Position numbers and translations under genes: made by a program. A DNA stretch of 64,000 nucleotides from an uncultured Gammaproteobacteria bacterium (GTDB lineage: Bacteria > Patescibacteriota > Microgenomatia > UBA8517), in contig CAZYCE010000005.1 in assembly GCA_964645605.1 (NCBI GenBank), forward strand, positions 362-64,361. Reading direction: 5' to 3'. Below the pieces are notes generated by a model. That model worked only from the letters and a program-made list of their open reading frames with translations. It was not told where the DNA came from and ran no database searches. Shown here piece after piece: positions 26,370 to 36,817 of the stretch (its first letter is position 1; each line of letters starts with the position of its first letter).

Positions 26370-26948
26370 TTGGGAAAACAAAACCTTTTTTGGCGGACAG
26401 ACTATCAGATTAGAGCTCCCTCTCTTAGAGTCATTGATTCTGAAGGAAAATTAATTGGAGTTTTAGAACGAGATGAGGCTATTAAAAGAGCCAAGGAGGT
26501 GGGACTCACATTGGTAGAGATAGCCCCAAACGCTACCCCGCCGGTGGGTAAAATTGTTGATTTTGGTAAGTTCAGATATGCTGAAGAGAAAAAAGCCAGA
26601 GCGCAGGCCAAAAAAATAAAGGGGGGAGAGGTAAAAGAAATTAGATTTAGCCCCTTTATAGCAGAAAACGACTTTAATGTAAGAGTTGAGAGAATAAAGG
26701 AATTTTTTGCGGATAAAAACAAGGTCAAGGTCGTGGTCGTATTTAAAGGACCTCAAATGAGGGTCAAAAACACGGGATACGATCTTATTAAAAAGATTAA
26801 AAACGTATTTGGTGATACAATTGTCACCGACATGGAACCAAAATTCCTGGGAAAATACCTGGTAACGGTAATTTCTCCGGTATCAGGTAGAGCTGTAAAC
26901 AATAACAAAGATGGCAAAAAGAAAAGTCAGGAAATCGATAACAAATAG
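26370..26948 (+). CDS. infC: Translation initiation factor IF-3; TTG start
   Basis: 'QIRAPSLRVIDSEGKLIGVL ... LVEIAPNATPPVGKIVDFGKFRY' and the C-domain 'VKEIRFSPFIAENDFNVRV'. The only in-frame start after the upstream TAA is TTG 26370. Confidence 0.85.
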   Translation: MGKQNLFWRTDYQIRAPSLRVIDSEGKLIGVLERDEAIKRAKEVGLTLVEIAPNATPPVGKIVDFGKFRYAEEKKARAQAKKIKGGEVKEIRFSPFIAENDFNVRVERIKEFFADKNKVKVVVVFKGPQMRVKNTGYDLIKKIKNVFGDTIVTDMEPKFLGKYLVTVISPVSGRAVNNNKDGKKKSQEIDNK

Positions 26949-27144
26949 ATTTAAGGTTACCAGAAATGGCAAAGTCATGCGTCGCCAGGGTTTTAGACGT
27001 CACCTTAAAAGCAGTAAAAGCAGTAAGCAGCTCAGAAATTTGAAAAGAACCAAAGAGTTAAAGGGGTTTTATGCCAAGAAGATCAGGAAAGCAGTCGGAA
27101 AGAAAGTTCATAAAAAAGTAAAGAAAGAAGAAGGTAGCATATAA
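26911..27144 (+). CDS. rpmI: 50S ribosomal protein L35
   Basis: Basic 77-aa protein '[26 protein letters not shown]' in the conserved position between infC and rplT. It overlaps the infC 3' end out of frame. Confidence 0.8.
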   Translation: MAKRKVRKSITNRFKVTRNGKVMRRQGFRRHLKSSKSSKQLRNLKRTKELKGFYAKKIRKAVGKKVHKKVKKEEGSI

Positions 27145-27148
27145 TATT

Positions 27149-27505
27149 ATGAGAGTTAAATCGGTTTCCGCAATAAGACACAGAAAAACGCTCGCAAGAG
27201 CAAAGGGCTTCAAACAGGCAAGGAGTAGAAGAATCCAAACTGCAAAAGAAGCACTGGTTCACGCCGGAGCCTATGCATACCACGGAAGAAAACTTAAAAA
27301 AAGGAACCTTAGATCTCTCTGGATTACAAGAATTAGCGCTTCGGTAAAAGCACAGGGCATTTCATACAGTAAGTTTATTGCCGGTCTTAAAAAGGAAAAA
27401 ATCGAAATTGATAGAAAAATTCTAAGCGACATTGCAACACGAGACCCGAAAACTTTTGAGAAAATCGTCAAAGAGGCGGGATTTACATTTACCAAACCCG
27501 AATAG
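27149..27505 (+). CDS. rplT: 50S ribosomal protein L20
   Basis: '[26 protein letters not shown]' and 'LWITRISA'. 118 aa. Confidence 0.9.
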   Translation: MRVKSVSAIRHRKTLARAKGFKQARSRRIQTAKEALVHAGAYAYHGRKLKKRNLRSLWITRISASVKAQGISYSKFIAGLKKEKIEIDRKILSDIATRDPKTFEKIVKEAGFTFTKPE

Positions 27506-27612
27506 GGGTGGTAAACACGTATAGAAGTTTCACCCCGACAACCTCGGGGTTTTTTTATGGGTCTCTCGTAACCTATGGCGAAAGATAGCAATACTATAAT
27601 ACAATTAACAAT

Positions 27613-28638
27613 ATGCAGGAAGAGATATTAAATACCAAAAATCAGGCAATCGCACAGATAATGTCAGCCGAAAACGTGACGGAACTTGAGCAAATTCGTA
27701 TCGATTACTTCGGAAGAAACGGAAAACTTACAAATCTTATAAAGGCTATCAAACAAGCGCCGGTCGATCAAAGAAAACAAATCGGACAGGTGCTTAATGA
27801 GGCAAAAAAATCAGTTGAGGAACTTTTGGAAAACCAAAAAAGAAATTTTAAAGAAACAGCCCGCCGGTGGTTTGATCCTACTATACCCGGAAAAATGCCG
27901 GAAATTGGACACCTACACCTTATTACACATGCTATTAAAGAGATTTCCCAAATTTTCTCAAGAATTGGTTTTGAGAGAGCCAGCTATCCTGAAGTCGAAT
28001 GGGATCATTTTGCCTTTGAGACTTTAAATATGCCCAAAAATCACCCGGCAAGAGACGAATGGGAAACATTCTTTGTAGATGAACCGGAAAACTCCAAATA
28101 CGGAAAAATGGTTTTAACACCCCATACCAGTAGTGGACAGGTCCGTGAGATGCTTAGAGTTAAAAATCCTCCGGTTAGAATGATCAATATCGCAAAATGC
28201 TACAGGCGGCAATCGGATATTTCTCATGTTCCAATGTTCCACCAATTTGAAGGCCTCGTAATAGACAAAGGCGTTTCAATAGTAAATCTTAAGGGAGCTT
28301 TGGATTATTTCGCTAAAACTTTTTACGGAATGGAAAGAACTACTAGGTTGAGACCCTACCATTTTCAATTCACGGAACCGTCTTTTGAAATCGATATAAG
28401 CTGCGGAATTTGTGGAGGACGTGGCTGTAAAGTTTGCAAGGAAGGGTGGCTCGAGCTGGGAGGAGCAGGAATGGTACACCCCAATGTCTTAAAGGCCGGA
28501 AAAATTGACCCAAATGTCTATTCAGGTTTTGCCTTTGGGTGGGGAGTTGAAAGAGTTCTAATGATGAAGCAGGGGATCAATATTCCCGATGTACGAATGA
28601 TTTATAGCACCGATCTAAGGTATCTTAGACAATTTTAA
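27613..28638 (+). CDS. pheS: Phenylalanyl-tRNA synthetase alpha subunit
   Basis: Class II motifs 'HPARDEWETFF', 'FRRQSDISHVPMFHQFEGL' and 'GFAFGWGVERVLMM'. Confidence 0.9.
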   Translation: MQEEILNTKNQAIAQIMSAENVTELEQIRIDYFGRNGKLTNLIKAIKQAPVDQRKQIGQVLNEAKKSVEELLENQKRNFKETARRWFDPTIPGKMPEIGHLHLITHAIKEISQIFSRIGFERASYPEVEWDHFAFETLNMPKNHPARDEWETFFVDEPENSKYGKMVLTPHTSSGQVREMLRVKNPPVRMINIAKCYRRQSDISHVPMFHQFEGLVIDKGVSIVNLKGALDYFAKTFYGMERTTRLRPYHFQFTEPSFEIDISCGICGGRGCKVCKEGWLELGGAGMVHPNVLKAGKIDPNVYSGFAFGWGVERVLMMKQGINIPDVRMIYSTDLRYLRQF

Positions 28639-28649
28639 ACCAATAACGC

Positions 28650-30608
28650 ATGAATATTAAAATATTGGATTCCTGGTTAAGGGATTTTCTCGACACACCT
28701 GCAAAGCCGTCGGAAATTGCAAAATGTCTGAGTCTATCCGGACCATCTGTTGAAAAAACCTTAAAAGACAGGTTTGATTATACTTACAACATCGAGGTAA
28801 CAACCAATAGGATTGACTGCGCATCGGTTTATGGAATAGCCAGAGAGGCATCCGCAATTCTACCCAGATTCGGAATCCCTGCCAAGCTAAAGCCGATCAG
28901 GTCCGAGTCGAAAGAATATTCTTTTACTAAAGAGGTTCCGTATTTGACGGCAGCTATCGACCTCAAGCTTTGTCCCAGATTTACAGCCATCCTAATCAAA
29001 AACGTAAAAATTACCGAATCACCCGATAGGGTCAAAAAAAGACTGAAGGCCTCCGGAATTCGTCCGATAAACAATGTTGTGGATATCAGTAATTACATTA
29101 TGCTGGAACTTGGCCAGCCTGTGCATACTTTTGATTATGACGAAATAAAAGAGGCTAAGATGGTTCTTCGGGAAAGTAAAAAGGGTGAGGTTATAAAAAC
29201 TCTGGACGGTAAAGAATTTATCCTTCATGGCGGAGATATCGTAATTGAAGATGGCCAGGGGCGATTGGTTGATCTTGCCGGCATTATGGGAGGAAGCTTA
29301 AGCGCCGTAAACGAAAACACCAAAAACGTTTTACTTTTTGTACAAACCTATGATCCTGCCAAAATAAGAAAAACTTCGATGGCCCTCGCACAAAGAACTA
29401 TGGCCGCAACCATTTTTGAAAAAGGAACCGACCCCGAGCAGGTTGGTCCGGCAATCTTGCGGGCAACTGAGATGTTCAAATCTTTAACAAAAGGACTTGC
29501 TTCTAAAGATATACTGAACATTTACCCTCACCCTTACAAAACAACCTCTGTAGATGTTTCCATAAAATACATCACCGAAAGGTTGGGTGTTGAAATATCC
29601 AAAAAAGAGATCATCAACTACCTTTCACCGCTTATGTTTGACTGTCACTGGGCAGGAGATACTTTACAAGTAATGGTTCCGTCTTTTCGGTCAAAAGACG
29701 TTGTAGGTCCAGAGGATATATTGGAAGAAATTGCCAGAATATACGGATACCACAATTTACCAAATCAAATTATGACAGGAACCATACCGGTTAGACCCAC
29801 AAATCCAAAATTTGATTTTGAGTTATATGTTAAAAATATTATTTCCGGGTTCGGTGGTAACGAAATTTATACGCTTTCTTTAGTACCGTTAACTTTTACG
29901 GATGAAAAACATTTAAAACTCAAAAACCCCCTCGGTCCGGAGACTGAATATCTAAGAACGTCGTTAATGCCTTCCATCCTGCAAGCAGCTAAAGACAATT
30001 TCGAAATAAACGAAAAGTTTCACCTGTTTGAAATTGCCAATGTTTATCTACCCAAAAGTAATGATCTTCCCGAGGAACGACAGATGCTCGGTGGAATTTT
30101 TTTTGGGTATGATTACCGCGATGCCAAGGGAACCGTTGAGGCAATTTTGGAAAGACTAAATATTGAACCGTTTTTCAAAACCGAGGAGTCTAAGGGTTTT
30201 AGTGCAAGTAGCTGTGCTTATATCTACCACAAAGATAAAATGATCGGTAAAATCGGAGTAGTTGAAAATTTTGATTTTGTTTATTACGAGCTTATTTTTC
30301 AGAAAATTTTCGATATTTCTCAAAAAATAACCGCTTTTAAGCCAATCCCAAAATACCCGGCTCAAATTGAAGATCTTACATTGGTTTTGCCTGAAAAAAC
30401 CAGAGTCGGGGATGTAATTTCTTCAATGCGTTCGGTTAGCGGGCTTATAGAAGACATCGAACTGAAAGACATATATAAAAATTCGTACACTTTTAGGATT
30501 TGGTATCAAGACTCGAAAAAAACGCTTACAAATGAAGATGTGAATAAAGTCAGAAAAGAAATGGTATCTTACCTAAAGTCAAAATTTGGAATTCTCCTTA
30601 AGGACTAG
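28650..30608 (+). CDS. pheT: Phenylalanyl-tRNA synthetase beta subunit (short form without the N-terminal tRNA-binding domain)
   Basis: B3/B4 and B5 domains, then the C-terminal catalytic-like and FDX-ACB domains. 652 aa versus about 800 for the canonical form. Confidence 0.9.
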   Translation: MNIKILDSWLRDFLDTPAKPSEIAKCLSLSGPSVEKTLKDRFDYTYNIEVTTNRIDCASVYGIAREASAILPRFGIPAKLKPIRSESKEYSFTKEVPYLTAAIDLKLCPRFTAILIKNVKITESPDRVKKRLKASGIRPINNVVDISNYIMLELGQPVHTFDYDEIKEAKMVLRESKKGEVIKTLDGKEFILHGGDIVIEDGQGRLVDLAGIMGGSLSAVNENTKNVLLFVQTYDPAKIRKTSMALAQRTMAATIFEKGTDPEQVGPAILRATEMFKSLTKGLASKDILNIYPHPYKTTSVDVSIKYITERLGVEISKKEIINYLSPLMFDCHWAGDTLQVMVPSFRSKDVVGPEDILEEIARIYGYHNLPNQIMTGTIPVRPTNPKFDFELYVKNIISGFGGNEIYTLSLVPLTFTDEKHLKLKNPLGPETEYLRTSLMPSILQAAKDNFEINEKFHLFEIANVYLPKSNDLPEERQMLGGIFFGYDYRDAKGTVEAILERLNIEPFFKTEESKGFSASSCAYIYHKDKMIGKIGVVENFDFVYYELIFQKIFDISQKITAFKPIPKYPAQIEDLTLVLPEKTRVGDVISSMRSVSGLIEDIELKDIYKNSYTFRIWYQDSKKTLTNEDVNKVRKEMVSYLKSKFGILLKD

Positions 30609-33207
30609 GCGTAGGTGAAGGGGTTGGTAAAGGCGTAGGGGTTGGTATGGGTGTGGGAGTTGCATCCCAAGCTTGTTCGACTCCAATCGTGATAGTGCGA
30701 CTCAGCTGATGGTTTCCGGCATCCATTGCAATTGCTTCAAGGATGTAAATTCCTTTTGATGGAAAATTGACCTTGCATGAATAATTATTTGCTCCATTAT
30801 TAAATGTGCAAATTTTGTTGCCATTCCGTTTGAGTTCCACCTGAGTTATGGCAGAGCTCGAATTTGCAGTAAATGTGACATTCATGTCGCCTGTGGATAG
30901 ATTGGAATCATGATCGTGCGGATTTGTAAAATCAACACTCAGAGGATTACTCGTACCGCAATAATCGGAAGGCGGATGATATCTCGGATCCGGTTGGGAA
31001 TTCATCCAATTAAGAATAGCCTCTTGCCAACGATTGGCTCCGGATGAACCGGCGGTGGGATCCTCCTCTTTAAACTGATAATATTCTTTTGTTTCATAGT
31101 TACCGGAAGAAATATCACTGGGAGTAGCCAGTTTTCCGTCACTCTTACAGACCTTAAGCATTACATGAATTGGATCGGGTGTGTTGGGTTCAGTACCCTT
31201 TATGAAATACTCAGGCCTACTTGGAAAATTGTCGTGTGCCGGGTAACCGGACACCGTATCAACTGATATTTGAGAAACATCTCCGGGTGGAGTAAAAGTA
31301 ACTGTAGGCTTACCCTTCAAAGCCTGTAAGACGATATTGTGCCATATAGGAGAAGCACCGGAAACTCCTGAGGCTACACTAAGCATCTCTGAGTTGTCAT
31401 TGTTTCCCACCCAAACTCCAACCATTACGTTGTCGTTTCCACCGATAGTCCAGTTGTCGCGTTTATCGTTTGTGGTACCTGTTTTGACCATGACATTGGC
31501 AATATTTAAATATGAATTTGCGCCAAAGGTGGGTGTTCTTGCTTCGTTGTCGGAAAGTATGCTGTCAATCAAAAAGGCCTGGGCTTCCGTCAAAACCTGC
31601 TTGCCTTTTTGTGGGGTATTGTCCTCAAGAACCTTTCCGTTAATGTCTGTTACCTTCAAGATTGCAACGGGATCCACTCTATATCCCTTATTAACAAATG
31701 CGGAATAGGCAGCTGTCATGTCAATAAGTCTTACATCTCCGCCCCCTAGAGTGAGAGAGAGGCCCACCCTTTTTAGTGTTTCTGCCGTCGGGGGAAGTGT
31801 GGTTATTCCCATATCGTTGGCAGTCTCAAGAACATTTTTAATTCCCACCATTGCCAGCATTTTAACGGCAGGAACATTCCTGGAATTGGCAAGTGCGTAG
31901 CGCACCTGAATCGGTCCTACAAATTTTCCATCATAATTCACCGGATTGTAGTCAGGCTGTCCAGTACCACCAGAGAAGGTGGTTGGCACGTCCATCAAAA
32001 GAGTGGCCGGGGAATATCCCTGCTTAAAAGCGGTTACATAAGTAAATGGCTTAAAGGAGCTTCCCGGCTGTCTGAGAGACGTTGTAACGTTTACCTGGCC
32101 ATCGTAATCTTCCGCGAAAAAATTCTTGGATCCAACCATTGCCACTATCTCTCCGGTTTCCGGATTTAACGCTACGGCCGCGCCGTTTGTTATATGCTGT
32201 TTTTCTACTTTGGCGATCTCGTCCGTTACTATTTGCTGTGCTTTATCTTGCAAATCTAAGTCCAAAGTTGTGGTTACCGTAAGCCCGCCCTGTTCAACCA
32301 CAGCCTCGCCATAAGTATCGTTCAAGATTTTCTGGACATACTGGACAAAGTGAGGCGCATTAAGACTTGTTCCTTTGGGTCTAAATTCATAGCCTGCAAG
32401 CGACTCAACTGCAGATTTTTCTTGATCCTCGGTAATGTAACCATCCTCGCGCATTCTTCTTAAAACATCCTTTGTGCGTTGAATATATGCAGTTGGAGTG
32501 GAGGAGTATGGTGAATAAGCCGATGGCGACTGTGGCATGCCGGCAAGAATTGCACATTCAACCAGATTCAAATCTTTGACGTCTTTGCCAAAATATGTTT
32601 GGGCCGCAGCTCCAACCCCCCATGAAGTCCCTCCGTAAGGAGCCTCATTAAGGTACATTTGCAAAATATCATCTTTAGAGTATTTCTTTTCGATCTGGAT
32701 TGCCAAAACAAACTCCTTAATTTTTCTGACAATGGTTCTGTCATTTGTTAAAAGTACATTTTTGACAAGCTGTTGCGTAAGGGTTGAACCTCCAGCCGCC
32801 CTGCCTCTTGTAAAAATACGCAGGAACCCGCGAAGTATTCCCACAGGATCAAAACCTTGGTGTTTATAAAAATTTTTGTCTTCAATGGAAACCGTACCCT
32901 GTCTAAGATAAAGGGGGATATCATCGAGCGAAACGGGGGTTCTATTCTGGTTTGCATAAACATCGTAAAGGAGTTTGCCATTCCGATCCAAAATCTTCGT
33001 TGAAAATCCCTGAGTTCTAACAATTTTATCCGGCGAGGGGAGGTTGAAGGCCAAAAGAGGCAGAACAAAAAGCAGGAATACAAAAAAACCTATTGTCCCA
33101 AAAAAAGCAATTTTTGCCCATTTGACCAATTTACGACTTTTGGTTAACGATTGCCCATACCTTCTTCTGTCTTTCCAGGTGCTACGTCTCCTACGATCCT
33201 TCCACAT
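30598..33207 (-). CDS. Class A penicillin-binding protein (bifunctional transglycosylase/transpeptidase) with C-terminal Ig-like extension and Pro/Thr tail
   Basis: N-terminal TM helix. GT51 motifs 'SIEDKNFYKHQGFD' and 'GGSTLTQQLVKN'. Transpeptidase motifs 'SSFKPF' (SxxK), 'SRN' and 'KTGTTND'. The C-terminus ends TPTPIPTPTPLPTPSPTPSP. Confidence 0.9.
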   Translation of the reverse strand: MWKDRRRRSTWKDRRRYGQSLTKSRKLVKWAKIAFFGTIGFFVFLLFVLPLLAFNLPSPDKIVRTQGFSTKILDRNGKLLYDVYANQNRTPVSLDDIPLYLRQGTVSIEDKNFYKHQGFDPVGILRGFLRIFTRGRAAGGSTLTQQLVKNVLLTNDRTIVRKIKEFVLAIQIEKKYSKDDILQMYLNEAPYGGTSWGVGAAAQTYFGKDVKDLNLVECAILAGMPQSPSAYSPYSSTPTAYIQRTKDVLRRMREDGYITEDQEKSAVESLAGYEFRPKGTSLNAPHFVQYVQKILNDTYGEAVVEQGGLTVTTTLDLDLQDKAQQIVTDEIAKVEKQHITNGAAVALNPETGEIVAMVGSKNFFAEDYDGQVNVTTSLRQPGSSFKPFTYVTAFKQGYSPATLLMDVPTTFSGGTGQPDYNPVNYDGKFVGPIQVRYALANSRNVPAVKMLAMVGIKNVLETANDMGITTLPPTAETLKRVGLSLTLGGGDVRLIDMTAAYSAFVNKGYRVDPVAILKVTDINGKVLEDNTPQKGKQVLTEAQAFLIDSILSDNEARTPTFGANSYLNIANVMVKTGTTNDKRDNWTIGGNDNVMVGVWVGNNDNSEMLSVASGVSGASPIWHNIVLQALKGKPTVTFTPPGDVSQISVDTVSGYPAHDNFPSRPEYFIKGTEPNTPDPIHVMLKVCKSDGKLATPSDISSGNYETKEYYQFKEEDPTAGSSGANRWQEAILNWMNSQPDPRYHPPSDYCGTSNPLSVDFTNPHDHDSNLSTGDMNVTFTANSSSAITQVELKRNGNKICTFNNGANNYSCKVNFPSKGIYILEAIAMDAGNHQLSRTITIGVEQAWDATPTPIPTPTPLPTPSPTPSP

Positions 33208-33283
33208 AGTTCTTATTCTATCAAATTGTTAAAAATTTAACTAACTATTCAAAAAAACAAACAAAAGTCATAGAATAATAAGT

Positions 33284-34444
33284 GTGGGAAGTATCAATCA
33301 GATAATTACACGGGGAGTAACAAATATTATTCCTAGCAAAAACGAATTAGAAAAACTTCTTAGCTCTGGAAAAAAACTGAATGTTTATCTTGGAATCGAC
33401 CCGACCGCAACCAGAATCCATATAGGCCACGCCGTACCCTTAAGAAAACTCCAAGAGTTCGTTGAGTTGGGGCATAACGTGACTTTTGTTATCGGTGACT
33501 TTACGGCGTTAATTGGTGATACTTCCGATAAAGACAAGGAAAGACCCTCTTTAACGTATAAAGAAATTAAACTAAATTTTAAAACCTATAAGGAGCAGGC
33601 CAGTAAAATTCTGGACTTCTCCAAAGTGAACGTCCGATTCAATAGCGAATGGCTTAAAAAACTGAAATTTGAAGAAATAGTCAAGCTTATGCAGCATTTT
33701 TCATTTGGAGAATTCGCATCCAGGGAACTTATTAAAAAAAGGTTATCTGAAGGCTCCAAAGTTGGATTACATGAAGCAATTTACCCTGTTATGCAAGGTT
33801 ATGATAGCTATTTTCTGAACACGGATGTTCAAATCGGCGGCGCAGACCAAACATTTAATATGCAGGCCGGACGTATACTGCAAAAAGATCTCAGACAAAA
33901 AGAGTCCTTTGTTCTGGTAACAGGATACTTGACAGGGACAGATGGCCGAAAAATGAGTAAAAGTTGGGGAAATGCTATCTGGATAACCGACTCGGCTGAT
34001 GAAATGTATGGCAAAGTAATGTCTTTACAAGATAATTTAATACTCGAATATTTTTCAAATGCCATTAGGCCGAATGAGATAAAAGTTAGGGAAGTTGAAA
34101 AGAGACTTAAAGACGGAGAAAATCCGATAAAATTAAAAAAGGAGTTGGCATTTATACTAGTCTCCGAAATGCATGGCGAAAATGAAGCCAAAAAAGCTCA
34201 GGAGAAATTTGAACATACCTTTCAGGAAAAAAGGCCTGAATTTAATATAAAGGTTACAGCCGGAAGATCTTTGGTTGACACAATTGCCGATTTTACATCT
34301 AAGGGCAGTAAAAGTGAGGCAAAACGTTTAATAAAACAAAAAGCAGTTGATGTTAACGGGAAAGTGGTTGATAATTCATCTATCGAAATAAAACCAGGGG
34401 ACGAGATAAAAGTCGGTTCGAGGATTTTTCTAAAAGCAAAGTAA
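33284..34444 (+). CDS. tyrS: Tyrosyl-tRNA synthetase (with C-terminal S4 domain)
   Basis: Class I 'HIGH' motif 'RIHIGHAVP' and KMSKS 'RKMSKSWGN'. The C-terminal S4-like 'RLIKQKAVDVNGKVV' distinguishes it from TrpRS. Probable GTG start. Confidence 0.85.
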   Translation: MGSINQIITRGVTNIIPSKNELEKLLSSGKKLNVYLGIDPTATRIHIGHAVPLRKLQEFVELGHNVTFVIGDFTALIGDTSDKDKERPSLTYKEIKLNFKTYKEQASKILDFSKVNVRFNSEWLKKLKFEEIVKLMQHFSFGEFASRELIKKRLSEGSKVGLHEAIYPVMQGYDSYFLNTDVQIGGADQTFNMQAGRILQKDLRQKESFVLVTGYLTGTDGRKMSKSWGNAIWITDSADEMYGKVMSLQDNLILEYFSNAIRPNEIKVREVEKRLKDGENPIKLKKELAFILVSEMHGENEAKKAQEKFEHTFQEKRPEFNIKVTAGRSLVDTIADFTSKGSKSEAKRLIKQKAVDVNGKVVDNSSIEIKPGDEIKVGSRIFLKAK

Positions 34445-34561
34445 ATATCTTATGTTAGGCAAAAAGGGTAAAAAAATATTCGTAGTAATAACTATAATCT
34501 CAAGCATTGCTCTTTTGCTCGGTGCAATACTACCGTATATTCTGTACGCCCGCTAATCTAA

Positions 34562-36562
34562 ATGGATCTAACTTCCCCGATAACAGATCTTCCAAAGGTG
34601 GGCCCCATATTTGCCCGAAAATTTGAAAAGTTGGGTATAAATACCCTGGAAGACCTTTTTTACCACGTTCCGACAAGATACCTCGATTATTCCAATGTGA
34701 CAACTATTAACAAATTGCGCATAAATGAAGTTGCCACAATCCATGCCAAAATTGTTTCCCTTAAAAACATTTATTCAAAAAGGGGACTTAAAATGCAAAT
34801 AGGCTCGGTTGAGGACCCTACGGGCAAAATTACGGTTGTTTGGTTCAATCAGCCATTTTTGATAAAAACTCTTTATCCGGGACGTCTCATTTCCCTTTCC
34901 GGAAAAGTCGGTTTTTTCAGTAGAAAGCTATGCCTTACCTCACCCGATTACGAGCTGATTGTAGAAGGGGACGATCCGACAACTCACACAGGACGTATAG
35001 TACCGGTTTACCCCGAAACTTCGGGGCTTTCTTCAAAGTGGATTAGAAGAAAAATGAAAGAAGCTTATCAGGAAACCTCTCTCACGGAATTTCTACCTAA
35101 AAATATATTGGTTAAATATGAACTAACCGATTTTGGGGAAGCCGTAAGATTTGTTCATTTTCCGGAAAGTTTTGAAGAAGCCGAAATCGGGCGGAAACGG
35201 CTTGCATTCAACGAGCTTTTAAATCTTGAGCTAGGAAGTCTCGTCAGAAAAATGAATTGGAAGAAGAATAAAGTTGCCAATAAGTTTGTTGTCGACCGGA
35301 AGGCAATCGATTCTTTCATAAAAAGTATTGCTTTTGATTTAACCGGTTCCCAAAAGAAAGCCATTGACGAAATTCTGGAGAATCTTAAAAGCGAAATTCC
35401 TATGAACAGGCTTCTGGAGGGGGACGTCGGAAGCGGAAAAACGGTCGTTGCCGCGGTTGCTGCCTTCGCGGCGTTTACAAACGGGTATCAAACGGTAGTC
35501 ATGGCGCCTACACAAATTCTAGCATCGCAGCACTATAAAACATTTAAGACTCTTTTCTCCAAATTCCCCGTGCGGATATCTCTGACCACTTCAGAAAATA
35601 AAAAATCCGATCTCGGGCGAACTGACATTTTTATCGGCACACACTCTTTAATAAACGGTAAAATAAATTTTGATAAAGTCGGCATTGTGGTAATTGATGA
35701 GCAGCACAGATTCGGAGTAGAGCAGCGAAAACATCTTATTAAAAAATCAGGAACACCCCATGTCCTTACCATGACCGCAACCCCAATCCCTCGAACCGTA
35801 GCTATTGCCGCCTACGGAGATATGGATTTGTCGGTTTTGACGGACATGCCCGCAGGCAGACAAAAAGTTACAACATGGGTTGTACCTGAAGGAAAAAGAA
35901 CCGGTGCATACGGTTGGATTGAAAAGCAGATAAAAACTGAGAAGTGTCAGGCTTTCATTGTTTGCCCCCTGATAGAGGATTCCGAAACGGAAACCTTGGC
36001 TGACGTAAAATCCGTCACTTCCGAATTTACGCACCTCAAATCGGTGTTCCCAAATCTCAGGCTCGGACTTCTTCATGGGAGACTCAAACCCGCCGAAAAA
36101 GATCTTGTCTTGGAAAGTTTCAACAGGGGGAATTTAGACATTTTAGTAACCACGCCCGTGGTTGAGGTGGGAATTGATATTCCTAATGCAACCATAATGG
36201 TAATCGAGGCTGCCGAGCGCTTCGGACTCGCGGCACTTCACCAATTGCGCGGTAGGGTGGGCAGGGGAGACGCGAAGTCTTACTGCCTTCTTTTTACCAA
36301 TTTTCACTCAGGGAAGGCCTACGCGCGTTTACACGCGATGGAAAAGACCTATTCCGGATTTGAGTTGTCGGAGCTGGATTTGAAGCTAAGAGGACCAGGG
36401 GAAATTTTCGGAACAGCCCAATCCGGGTTCCCAGATTTAAAAATAGCAGACTGGAGTAACTACGATCTTATAAAATCCGCCAAAGACGTGGCCGGCGAAA
36501 TTGTCAAAAACCCCGATAAATATCCTTGGGTGAAATCCAAATATGCATCCATTCTTACCTAA
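34562..36562 (+). CDS. recG: ATP-dependent DNA helicase RecG
   Basis: N-terminal wedge/OB domain, then SF2 helicase motifs 'GDVGSGKT', 'DEQHRFG' and 'QLRGRVGRG'. Confidence 0.9.
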   Translation: MDLTSPITDLPKVGPIFARKFEKLGINTLEDLFYHVPTRYLDYSNVTTINKLRINEVATIHAKIVSLKNIYSKRGLKMQIGSVEDPTGKITVVWFNQPFLIKTLYPGRLISLSGKVGFFSRKLCLTSPDYELIVEGDDPTTHTGRIVPVYPETSGLSSKWIRRKMKEAYQETSLTEFLPKNILVKYELTDFGEAVRFVHFPESFEEAEIGRKRLAFNELLNLELGSLVRKMNWKKNKVANKFVVDRKAIDSFIKSIAFDLTGSQKKAIDEILENLKSEIPMNRLLEGDVGSGKTVVAAVAAFAAFTNGYQTVVMAPTQILASQHYKTFKTLFSKFPVRISLTTSENKKSDLGRTDIFIGTHSLINGKINFDKVGIVVIDEQHRFGVEQRKHLIKKSGTPHVLTMTATPIPRTVAIAAYGDMDLSVLTDMPAGRQKVTTWVVPEGKRTGAYGWIEKQIKTEKCQAFIVCPLIEDSETETLADVKSVTSEFTHLKSVFPNLRLGLLHGRLKPAEKDLVLESFNRGNLDILVTTPVVEVGIDIPNATIMVIEAAERFGLAALHQLRGRVGRGDAKSYCLLFTNFHSGKAYARLHAMEKTYSGFELSELDLKLRGPGEIFGTAQSGFPDLKIADWSNYDLIKSAKDVAGEIVKNPDKYPWVKSKYASILT

Positions 36563-36609
36563 TCGAATCGTGCTTGCCATGGTTAAAGCCCCATGATAGA
36601 ATTCATGCT

Positions 36610-36768
36610 ATGACACCGCTACCAAAGAAGAAGCATACCAGATCGAGATCGAATATCAGGCGCTCAGGACAACCAAAGATTGCTCTTGGAAATCTGGTTA
36701 AATGCACAAATTGTGGCAAGCTAAAAGAATCTCATCATGCTTGTCCTTACTGCGGATTTTATAAATAA
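36610..36768 (+). CDS. rpmF: 50S ribosomal protein L32
   Basis: 'MTPLPKKKHTRSRSNIRRS ... CTNCGKLKESHHACPYCGFY' with the zinc-ribbon CxxC...CxxC. The ORF-track start 36526 overlaps recG; ATG 36610 is the bL32-length start. Confidence 0.8.
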   Translation: MTPLPKKKHTRSRSNIRRSGQPKIALGNLVKCTNCGKLKESHHACPYCGFYK

Positions 36769-36817
36769 ACCTCAATTGAACTTGCTACCGATAACCGATT
36801 CCCATTATACTTAGCCC

